Shown here: in pieces, positions 27,301 to 39,300 of the stretch
Layout of the letters: each line of letters starts with the position of its first letter
Position numbering within the stretch: position 1 is the first letter of the stretch
From: Bispira polyomma
Taxonomy: Eukaryota
Assembly: GCA_965649765.1 (NCBI GenBank)
Contig: OZ287749.1
Location: forward strand, 31,124,001 to 31,188,000
Length of the DNA stretch: 64,000 nucleotides
Direction of reading: 5' to 3'
Translations under genes and position numbers: made by a program
The notes under the pieces: model-generated
What the model was told of the DNA's origin: nothing
Databases searched by the model: none
Seen by the model: only the letters and a program-made list of their open reading frames with translations

Positions 27301-30300
27301 AGTACTGGACTTTGGTATGTCAAATTTTAAAGCTAGTAACCGAAAAGTGAAGTCTGGTCAGTTTAGAGTTGGAGGGGAAACCCCTTGTAAGAGGTACGTG
27401 TATTGACCTCATGATTTGTGTTTCATAGGAAGTAACTGTAAAAGAGTAACATATAATGAGCTTACATTGTTACAATAGTCGTTGGGTTTCAATAGATGTA
27501 TTCTTAAAGAATCCGATTTGCAAGTACAGCAAAACATGCTTAAGTACAGTACTGAGTTAATGCAAAATGCCATATATCTCAGTTGGTCAGTAGCAAAAGG
27601 GGCTCACAGGGTTATTATGTGTAGTATGGAGGACGGTCTGTTGACCTGGGCTGAACCAGATAAAATAAATGAGATTAGGCGGCAGTTTGCCCAGAGACAA
27701 GTAGTGGCTAATGCCAAGTCGGGTTATGTTAAGTCAGCTTCCGGTTTCTCCAATAACAGGGAAGTCTGTACCAAATTTCAGTCGGGCACTTGTGAATCCA
27801 GTTTAGATCACAAAGTAGGCAATGTTTGGCTCAGGCACGTTTGTGCTTATTGTATGAATACCGTGAATCGGCCATATCCTCATAAGGAAATGGACTGTCA
27901 AAAGAAAAAAGGCGGTGCTACCTCTCTGCAGTAAATAAGACAGTTAAAGTTAGTAATTATAGGATTGTTGAGAGGCCTAATCAAGTAACTGAAAATATTC
28001 TTTTACCCTTGGCAGTACAGCCAAATTGTCATGTTAATGTATGTCAAAGTGTTCAAAATGCTAGAAATAAGGCTAACTGTAGAGACAATCTGGAAAATGA
28101 TAACTTTAAACAGTTAAAAATAGACGTTAAACCTTTTGCACAAGGCAGTAGTACTAATAAGTTAATGGACATTGAAGTTAAGTTAGCCAGTAATGGATGT
28201 ACCTGTTGTTTGAAGTTAAGGCAAGACGTGTGTACTTGGATAAGTTGTATATATTGTCTGGTTCAAAAATCCCTTGTGGGGAGGGGGCATAATAGTTCAC
28301 TTGAAGATGAGCCAAAACCCGTGTTAAAACAAGTACTTACTGTCAAAAATACTAGTTGTCTGGATTCTCATCCGGTTATGTCAGGAAAATGTGTCAAATC
28401 CACACAAAATGGCTGGATTTCAGCAAGCATAGTATTTCCTCTTGCTAACAAATCTCAAAATCTCATGGCTGCTTGACAGTCTGTGCAGAAGCGTTTAAAT
28501 GGTTTGGGTGGAAATGGTCAAACTCACTTGAGTTTAGGCGGCAATACTATAGTTCTGTCGGAATGACTCGGGAATGTACTTTAATCCAAACTTGCTTTCC
28601 GTGGCTCGAATATACTTCATCCTTCCGAGGGGGTACACGCGCCACTTTTTGCGACACGTGTACTTTTGTTGTGTCTGGAGTGTTGAATAATTTGACGCGT
28701 GGCATTGTTTGTCGTGCATTAATACATTTTCTCTTATTTACCACACCAAGTCTGGTGAGGTGGTTGGCACGTGTAGCTTGTGCCTGATAGGCTGACATAC
28801 CCAGCCAGCACTGCTGGATTGCCTACCATATTTGGGCACACACCAAAGTTGTATAATGCCTTGGCCTACTTGGCTCATATTTTACTGGTTTCTTCTTGTT
28901 ACAAGGGTATTTGCATAGAATTCATAATAAAAATGAGTTTAGCAACTTTATTAGTAAAATTTGTGTACACATGTATGGCTCATGTACGACCCTGGTTTAT
29001 TTTGTGTCTTATTTTTGACAGCAGTCTTATATCTAAAGCAATAACCACAGGTCTTATCAGCAATTCACATACGGGCTTGCAGAATCACTTAACTGGTAGT
29101 TGTATACATAGCAAGGTCTGGCCATGTATACTTGGCACTGTTATTAGACAGTTAACACTTGGTTGTATTAAAGCAGTGTGTTATAGTTATGTTACCCAGA
29201 GTCTGTGTAGTATTATTAAGTACATATATGACATTTCCATCTTGGTTATTAAATGTTGTGGCAATGGTTACACTTGTATAAGTTCACTCTTGTTCGCACA
29301 GCACAGGTTGTACTTGACAGGATGTACAGTTTAGTTGGTCTATACATTTGGTGGTTTTTGTATTGGTTCTATACACACGTTGGGTATCTTATTGTTCACC
29401 TTTGTGGGCATACGCAAAGTAATACTGTACACAGTAATGTCTCACCGGGTAATCATATAGACATATATTATAATGGTCATTATATACAGTGCATATATCC
29501 TGGACAATTTAAATTTGGTTACTTACCTGCAGGTAGTCAGTTAACGCCAATTAATGGCAGTTGTAATTCAATTACTTGTGCTTCAGGAGTACAGCTAAAC
29601 AAAGATGTTAATGGTTATGGTGGTTGTCCACGTATTCCAGTACAGTCTTCACTTAACATACCTGTTTGGAGGAAGTTATTGGACAGTTATTATGATAAAC
29701 AGTTAGTAGAACTATTGGAATTTGGTTTTCCTATTGATATACAAGATCGGTCTGTTCTCACTCATCAAAACAGTAATCACCCTTCAGCAGGTCACTACCC
29801 GGATCATATTGTACATTACTTAGACACTGAGCATAAACATGGTGCTTTTAAAGGTCCTTATGATGTTCCCCCTTTGAAGAATTTGCATATTTCGCCTATG
29901 CTTACTCGGCATAAACCTAATTCTCTCAATCGAAGGGTGATAATTGACTTGTCTTGGCCTAGAGAACATTCTGTGAATGCTAGTGTCGATAAAGGTGTGA
30001 TTTTAGGTACTAATTTTGAGTTGACTCATCATACAGTGTATCATATGGTAGATTACATACAACAGTGTGGGTCAGATTGTTACTTGTTTAAAGTGGACCT
30101 CCAGTGGGCATTCACCCTCATGATTATCACTTACTGGGGCTGTATTGGCAACAGTAGTATTATATTGATAAGGTGGTCCCCTTTGGTTTAAGACATGGTT
30201 CCCATTATTGCCAGCGAATGACTGACAGTATTCGGTTCATTCTAAAAACCCATGGATATTTTGTTTTTAACTACATTGATGACATCATAGGTATTCATTC

Positions 30301-33300
30301 CTTTTATGATGAGGCTATGGCAGCTTACACATTCTTATTACAATTGCTGGCCGATTTGGGTCTTCCAGTTAGTCCGGCCAAGTTAGAGCCCCCTAGTAAA
30401 TGCACTACTTGCTTAGAACTCAACATTGACGTTGGACAAGGTACTATCAGTTTGCCACCAGAAAAATTACTAAATTTTGTGTTGCTTGGTCTAGTAGAAC
30501 GTTTGCAACCAAAAATCAAATTCAAAGTATTGCTGGTAAGCTATTGTACATTAGTAAGTGTGTTAGGCCTGCTCGATTATTCATTAATAGAATCTTGCAT
30601 GTGCTTCGCATTTGCCCAGACAGAGGCAGGTTTAAGATAAGCATTTCTTTTAGAGCAAATGTCAAGTGGTTTCTACAATTTCTACAACAATTTAATGGTG
30701 TTGTATTGTATGATAAGCCACAACATTGTAGTAGGTAACATTGTGTATGTAGATGCTAGTTTGACTGGACTTGGGGCAGTGTATAAAATTATGTAGAGTT
30801 GTCCAATGTGAAGGATCCGCCTGACCTTATTGTTCACTTAGAAATGCTCAATGTGTTCACTGCTCTCATTGTGTGGTTGCCTTCATTCAAAGGCTCTCTT
30901 GCAATTTTGTATTGTGACAATTTGGCTGTAGTCAATGTACTCAATTTTAACAAGGGTAAGGATGCTTATCTTAATAGAGTAGCTCAGCACATTTGGTTAC
31001 TTACAGCGTCCCATGACATTACTTTGCAGGTTAGACATGTGGCGGGTGTTGATAATGTGGGGGCTGATCTGTTATCTAGATACTCAGACTTGGCCAAACG
31101 GGCACAATTTCATGCAAGTTTTCAGCACTTGCACCTTCTGCAGGTCCCCTGTCATGCCACCTCCCTCACTTGGGATATTTAATGATTACTATTAATGATT
31201 GTATATGTTGTTATTGCAGGTTCCATCCAGTTAAAACAATTACTGTCAGCGGCTTCTGCCAGAGCCAAAATGGCATATCAGCCTAAAACTAGGGCTTTGT
31301 TCACCTTTCTTAAGTTTTGTGTTACCAAATCTGTGCCTCATCTCCAATACTCACTTAGTGTGGTTCTGGCTTACATTGAGCACTTGGTTCAAATTGGACT
31401 CACTTACCCCTCCATTCAAAATAATTTGTCAGCCTTGAAGCATTATTTCAGGAGGTTTGGTTTGGATGTAAACATTTTTAGTCATGTCCATGTGGCCATG
31501 CTTCTAAAGGCTATCAACAATAATGTCACCAGACATGTTAAGGTGAAAGACATTTTTGGGGTGCAAGATTTACTAAATATTTGTGCTCAATGTGACAGGA
31601 TCCCACATGGTATAGTTTTTAAGACAGTGTTCTTTGTGGCTTTCTTTGACCTGTTTAGAATAAGTAATTTGTTGTCACATACAGTGTTTCAGTATGATTG
31701 TGAACGACTGTTGTTACATCGTGATGTGCAGTTCCAATCACCAGGTTTGGTGATACAGGTTCGATGGACTAAATCCATGCAAAGTAGACAAACTAGTGTG
31801 TCGTTACAGTTACCTTTTATTAACGGTTCTCCGCTGTGTCCAACACAATCGGTTCAACACATGTTTGATTGCTATCCGGCTTCTCCGGATGCATCACTTT
31901 TTGTATTACCTGGTTCACAAAGTCAATACAAAATTTTGACGGATGTTAAAGTGCGTTCTGTGTTAAAGGACATTTTAGGAGGCCTTGGCCTCAATACTCA
32001 TACTCTTGCATTCATGCATTCAGGTGTTCAGGGGCTTCCCTCCTGTTTCAAAATAATGTTCCCTTGCAGTGTCTTCAGGCACATGGGACTTGAACCTCAG
32101 ATGCGGTTTGGGCTTATTTGCAAACTGGGGCCAATCTTTCCATCACCCCTCAGGCTTTTCAGGCCATTCTATCTTAACAAAAAAAAAAAAATTATTAAGT
32201 ATTCCAACTTTCTTCTTACTTACTTGTTTGGCTTGGGGTGGTTATTATTTTAGTATTTACTTCAAATAATCACATAATCTGTAATGGTGGTAGCCATTGG
32301 CTAATACCTGTGTGTAGTAAAACCACAAACTGTCAGGGTAGTAGCATATTGGCTACTATTTGTATGTGATTCTGTATAAGAAAGAATGCATGCAAAATAT
32401 ACAAAGTATACCAGGAGATATTGTGTTATATATCTGTGTTACCTCAAGGTCAAAAATGGACTCGACTCTGGTCACTGAATTAATTACATTATTACCTAAA
32501 ATATTTACATGTAAGTTCATTATTTATTTTTACAGAATAACTAGAGTGGCACCTGCTGTTGCATTTCAGTTTAGGTTTACAACACTTGCATCCATTGCTT
32601 TTGCATTGATTTTCAATAGAGTTAGATTTTGTAAATCCATGTGCACTAATTCTGGAGTTTCCCTGCTGGGGTCAAATTAGGTGGTTGAGAATGTACACTA
32701 ACAGTGAATCTATGTTCAACTGAATCAGTGATCAGTGCCCCGGGGTACCAAAGATATGAATTAAGTTATATGGACATAACAATTAAAGTGTAACACCATC
32801 AAAGACTTGCGGTCAAATTTATTTAGGTCTATGGTTTTTTATATACAGTTTCGCATAAGGAGGGGGGCGTAAGGTCACCTCCAAGTCTGCTAGCTTGAAC
32901 GAAGGTGTGTAAGGTCACCCTAAACCAAAGAAGAATGAGGGTGCCATATGGTCACCTTAACTTTAAGTTTAAGAATTACTAAAGGTGCCATGAGGTCACC
33001 TTAAATTAATTACTAAGAGTTGAGGTCAGACAACGCTGACCTTAAATTAGTTTGAATGTTGAAATAGAGGTCAGACAATGCTGACCTTAAGTTTTAGTTA
33101 GGTAGGTCTCCTGTAAGGTGACCCTACCTTGAGTTCGAGATAATTGTAGATTTTGAGGGTATGCCACTTGAGTTTCAGAGGGCATACCATAAAGTATGTA
33201 GTAAGTTCAAGCTAGACTAAGACTGTAAAAGAGTGCATTATGCACCCAGCAGTTAGGTTGATCTTATGCCCCCTGGAGAGTCATTGCTCTGCACTGTCCA

Positions 33301-36300
33301 CATTTAGACTTTATTATGGATTAATATATTATATTTTATTATATTTACAGCTGAGACATAAAGAGCAGTCCACCAACAAATGTAGAGAATAAAATATTTA
33401 AAGAGTTCTTGACATAAAGCTCATAAAATACTAGAAGAATAAAAGCACATCAAGGAGACTTCCTGTTACTGGCGAGGTAACTGATTTTCGCAGTGACGCC
33501 GTCACTCCACTGCATCATAGTTCATGTTATAAGGCAAAGCCAAGCGAATGGTATTAACGGCCATTCTCAAAGTTCACTAACCAGCAAAACTCACACTAGC
33601 TTGCAGCAACTGTCCTACACGCCGAGCAATACGGCCCCTTACCTAGTTACACAAATCTCACATGAGAAGGTGGCACAAACATGAAAACATTATAAATTAA
33701 ACACAGATTTTAAAGCAAGGCACTTCCATCCACTCTAACATAGCAAGACATCCAGATGTAAAAACCATCCCAGAACGACCAGCCCAGACGGTCTAAAGTT
33801 TTCAAGGCCGCAACACTGGCCTGCCGGTGAACGTTCGCAGAACGACATACATAACCGGCAAACCATCTGGGGAAAGGACGTCAAGCAACGAAGATCCAGA
33901 TAACATTAGCAGGATCATCATGGAGATGGAAGCGCCAAGTGACAACATTGTACTACTCCTCCAGATAACTCCTGAAACTAAGAAAACATGATTAACAAGG
34001 GAGCGGAGGGTGGGTGTTACAAAATAATGTTCCATGGTCGGCTGTAGTTTTCAAAAGGAAGTTATATTCAGACCGCACAGCTTTATATAGGGAGAGCAGC
34101 AGTCAGTGACGCGTTTACAAAAACAAATAGACTGTTACCCCAGCACTGAAAGCACCAATGCTGGGGGCGCTGCCTTATACAGTGCCCCGGGGTACCAAAG
34201 ATATGAATTAAGTTATATGGACATAACAATTAAAGTGTAACACCATCAAAGACTTGCGGTCAAATTTATTTAGGTCTATGGTTTCTTATATACAGTTTCG
34301 CATAAGGAGGGGGGCGTAAGGTCAGCTCCAAGTCTGCTAGCTTGAACGAAGGTGTGTAAGGTCACCCTAAACCAAAGAAGAATGAGGGTGCCATAAGGTC
34401 ACCTTAACTTTAAGTTTAAGAATTATTAAAGGTGCCATGAGGTCACCTTAAATTAATTACTAAGAGTTGAGGTCAGACAACGCTGACCTTAAATTAGTTT
34501 GAATGTTGAAATAGAGGTCAGACAATGCTGACCTTAAGTTTTAGTTAGGTAGGTCTCCTGTAAGGTGACCCTACCTTGAGTTCGAGATAATTGTAGATTT
34601 TGAGGGTATGCCACTTGAGTTTCAGAGGGCATACCATAAAGTATGTAATAAGTTCAAGCTAGACTAAGACTGTAAAAGAGTGCATTATGCACCCAGCAGT
34701 TAGGTTGACCTTATGCCCCCCGGAGAGTCATTGCTCTGCACTGTCCACATTTAGACTTTATTATGGATTAATATATTATATTTTATTATATTTACAGCTG
34801 AGACATAAAAAGCAGTCCACCAAACCCAAGACCCTAGGAGTAGTGCTGAAGGGCCGACCTGAAGGAGTCTGCAACCCGAGAGCCAGCCTGAGCCGAATCA
34901 GTTATATACCTCCACACACAATCCGACGTCCAGGTGCCATGTCGTTGAATGTCCTGTATGTTGACACTATTGTTAAAGGCAAACGTGGCACCTGAACGTC
35001 GGAAAGCATGGAAAGTAAGACTGGTCTGCCGGCAACCTGCAAGCCGCAAGACATTCTTCAGGTGACGCCTTACACGGGTGTCAGTCAACACCTCCCAGGA
35101 ACTGCCACACTTATACTGAAACAGGGGCATGTTGTTACCAGGGGGAGTTAGGGCTAAGACATTCCTCAGGGCAGCTACAGGGCACAGGCTGGAAGATGGA
35201 ATGACTGGGATAGTCAATAGTTTAATGACATTGTTTGTCTGCATGGTCTTAGACCACTTAATTAACAAAGTAACATAACCAGGTTTAAAAATTACATCAC
35301 CTCTAGCTAAATGCTTTAAAGGAGAAAAAGTCGCCACAGAGTGGGGGCATAAATTCGACAGTCTAAGAAAACTGAAAAAACTGATCAAGTACACTGCCTT
35401 AAAGATCTGACCCATATATGTGCTATCACACTTAGCCACAAGGGCCGTGAGCAACGGGACATCAAATAAACTTTTGAGCTTAGCTTGTAGCGGTTTGCTC
35501 AAGGCCAGAGCCCTGTTAAAATAGGAGACTCTAGGGTCTGCAAAACATTCTACATTAATATTGTACAGAATACATTTAGCTTTCACTGCTGACAGGTGGT
35601 TAGCAATCTGCGAGGCCGACATAGAATTATAGTTCAGGAACTCCAGGAAACATAGCAATTTAAACACAGTCACCTGAGAAGGGAGCCAATCCATGAAAGC
35701 TCCAAAAGCAACAAACAGCCTGAACATGTTATCATAAGCCCTGGCAGTTGAGGCAGCAAACGCAAAATGCAGCCGTTTGCAAGCCCGACCCGTCAGCAGT
35801 GATTCCACTGGATGCATACCTGGAATCACACAAATATAGACATGTAATTAGTATTATATTGTGGTATCAACTTGCAGCAGGGTGGCATCTGCTCGTAACC
35901 ATTTAACTGGGCCTGCCAATTCTGCCAATAGTTGCTCATTGTTGGTGGTTTTATGCCAACGTGACAACAAATCTGCAATTTTGTTTTTTACACCCATAAT
36001 ATGAATAAACCTGATTTCTATGTCAAATCTGCTGGCCCACATGTAAATATTACGGGTATAACAGGCCAAAACTGGATCCTGTGTCCGACTACTTCCCAAG
36101 ACACTGACCACCGCCTGGTTGTCGCACTTAAACAACACTTTTTTACCTTGCCAAACACTGGACCACAATTTGAGGGCTACAAGGATGTTAATCATCTCTA
36201 GTTCAGCAATATTATCCTGAGTCATATTCCGGGGAATATCTAGTTTATACACTTCATTCCCACAGATGCCCCCCATGCCAGTTAGACAGGCATCTAGTTC

Positions 36301-39300
36301 AACCTGAGCATGTACGGGTGTATGCAAGAAAAAACTCACCCCGTTATACTGTTTAACAAATTTAGTGAACCAATTAAGGTCCTGCTTAAACTCACTAGTG
36401 ACACGAAAGGTTACTTTGCCATTGTTATCACGCAGTAATTGCAACATTCTGTTGAGAAATACTCTAGCATACCTGATGCATTTAGCTATATATAAGAGTG
36501 AACCTAGTAATGACTGCAATTCTTTCTTAGTACAGTGAGTTTTGTCTTGCCAGGATACACATTTTTCTCTGATTTCACCCAATTTTTCATCAGGTATTGA
36601 GTTAGTAAATTTCTCAGTGTCAATAAGGATGCCCAGACACACTACCTGTGTGCTGGGAGCCACCAATTTTTTACTGCTAACGGTGAGACCGAGTTCTTGC
36701 AGTAACGTCTGCAACCAGTTATAGCTAGAGAAAATTTTACTGGGCAAATTAACCGCAAGAATGTAATTGTGGATATTATAGCCCTCTGATCTCATAATGA
36801 ACCTAACTGCGTCAGAAAGTCTTTGAAAAGTCGTTGATCCATTCTGGTAGCCGAAGGGTAGGCACTTATCTACATAAAAACCCTTCCATTTTAAACCAAG
36901 CAGATTAATGTCACCGGGGTCAATAGGGACGTGCCGGAATGCCCGACTTATGTCTACCTTATAGATATGGCAACCTCTGCCCAACTTAGTGACCTCACTG
37001 GTAATGTTATCAATGGAAGGATACGAGAGGAGAAATTCTGTATTTAAGTAAGAAGTGGGAGAAACCCCTGCATTAACAGATTGGCCATGTGGCCAACTCA
37101 AGTCAACTATTACACGCCTATTGGCTGAGCTCGATTTATTCCGAGTCATCATTGGCGAGCAATGTAAGTTTTTGATAGGGGGGTATTAAAAGGCCCTAAA
37201 ATGGCTCCAAATTGACATTCTTCATTTAAATACGTTTGGACATATTCAGGAAAACAATTAGCTGTACTGTGGTTAGCATTCTGTGACTGACTTATGTTAT
37301 CGCAACACACATCCAAAGGGAAGCCATATTTTACCAACAAGGAAAGCTGCCAGTCCCAGTACTGGTGGAGATATTTTTCCCACTTATCAGCATTCAATTG
37401 TGACTCGACAGCCAACTGAAGTCCCTGAAAGTTATGTCTACCATCTTTCCGTAGTTTGTTGTGCATTTCGAAAACGCTAAGTTCATGGTTATTACCCAGA
37501 TCCCAGATTTTGCACCCAAGTGTGGACAAAGGTGCAAAGCCATATTCAACTGCAGTTTGAGTTTTCCATTGAATGTGTGTAGCGTCTGAGCGAGCCTTAA
37601 CTAACAACTCTCGTTTGTTGCGTTTTTGCTTCAACTCAAGGGAATATTTGTCCCCACAGTCCTTCGTGACACTCACCCGAGTTACATTATTTACATTCGC
37701 TTTATCCGACATAGAGCCAACCTTGGCTTTTTGCTTATTTACAATATTAACACTGTTTGTTTCCCCTTTTCCCTCCCCATTGCTGCCGGGTTCAACAATG
37801 GTTTGGCTGAGGGGAAGAAATCTGTTGTGTGATACAAGTTCACCCCCCACCTCTAGTGTGGGTTTATATTGGGTGACCCTTTTATTCACACCAGTATGGG
37901 GGGGCCCTTTGTCTCGACTCACTACATTCATCTTTGTTCCACGTGGCCGAGACAAAGGGGGCGACCCCATCCATCTGAACGTTCACTCCCTTAGTGCCTT
38001 CAATGCTGACATTTTTACATTTTTTGATACTCTTAATTGGTTTGAACTTCAATACATTTTTGACAAATTTTGTAGTGCATTGAGGAACCTTGGTGTTACT
38101 TTCTGCGACTTGTTTAGCAATATTGTCATTGTAAAACATTTTACTTCCTGCCGAAACCGCATTACTGTATGTACAGCAAGCCTTTGTGCCCCTATTATAC
38201 ATGAGCATTCTATTTACAACAGGTTTACCAAACAAATGCTGTTCCTGAAATTTGGAATTATAAATAACTCTGTCCGAATATTTCTTACCCACTGCGTTGA
38301 CGCAGTGGGCCCTTAGTTTTTTAAACCCTTTTTGGTACATGTACTGTTCTTATGGTTACCCCTGCAGGTCTCATACACGTGTTTGAAAAACGTGTTTCCT
38401 GTCTTATGACTAGTAGTATGAACCACACTATTATTTGACACGTGCCTCTGTGCATGGGCCCTTCTCAAACGGTCTAATTTTTCCACGTTGGACCACGAAA
38501 GCTTGTCCATTTCCATGTGCGTCATGATAACGGCATGACAAGCCTTCGCTGCCTCCCACGAGAAGTCTTCCGCATCTTCCATGAGGTTGGACATATAATC
38601 CAGCATTGTTTCTCTAACCGAGTTACACTTCTCCTCCTGAATTATTCTAGTAAAACCGCATACCCACTGGGTCATGGACAGATCATCGTACGTGGGTCTA
38701 GCACGAAAACTACCAGTGAGCACATGGTTTTGGGGCCATTCAACAACACTTTTAATTACTACGTCCACCCCACCCCCCCTTTGAGATTTGAGCTTACCCT
38801 GACTGGGAGCTTCATTCAGATGTTTTAGTTCTGCTAGCCGTAATTCGACCTGACTCTGAATTTGCGTGTTGTTTCGCAGGAAATCAACACTAGGTACCAC
38901 ATTCTGAACATTTTCTTCTATGATGGGAGGGTCAACTACTGCGGTTGTATTAGTTACAGAATTATCACTAGAATTCAAATTACTGGCCTGTTTTTTGTTT
39001 CCATCCACTGCCAATGTCACCTCGGCGAGTTGCACACGCTGGTCCATTTTTTCCATCATCTGGCTCATGGACTGGATTTAGACACTCGAGTACACCTTAT
39101 ATATTGCAGGCTGGTTTTCTAGCATATAAAACGGCTCATAGTCACCCTTATAGGGACGAGTACACAGTATATTAAACACATATTGCTGGCTGGTTTGTTA
39201 GCACATAAAAACGGCTCTCGAGTACCCCTTATAGGGACGAGTATACTGTATATTAATGAAATATTACACAACATATGTTACAAATGCTGTACTATAATAG

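Larger units (their letters stand above)
26172..32481 (+). mobile_element. Element B: degenerate YR retrotransposon of a second, divergent family
   Basis: gag at about 26577-27934 (WPHD-like, [32 protein letters not shown]...C); RT at 29500-30740 ([23 protein letters not shown]); RNase H at 30745-31182 ([32 protein letters not shown]); YR at 31220-32180. Several stops and frameshifts. Confidence 0.9.

Noticed and set aside
33802-34035. 77-aa ORF starting at an ATG within repeat A2
   Set aside because: A1 has ACG at this position, so the ATG is most simply a CpG deamination product; a different frame of the spacer looks more protein-like.
34834-35829. Phage integrase / prophage or Crypton interpretation of the YR ORFs
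   Set aside because: The YR ORFs are linked to gag, RT/RNase H and split direct repeats, which defines DIRS-order retrotransposons.
37573-38316. 247-aa plus-strand ORF (and 5858..6226 minus) antisense to the RT N-extension
   Set aside because: Shadow ORFs of a Lys/Asn-rich coding strand with no recognisable motifs; not excluded, but unsupported.
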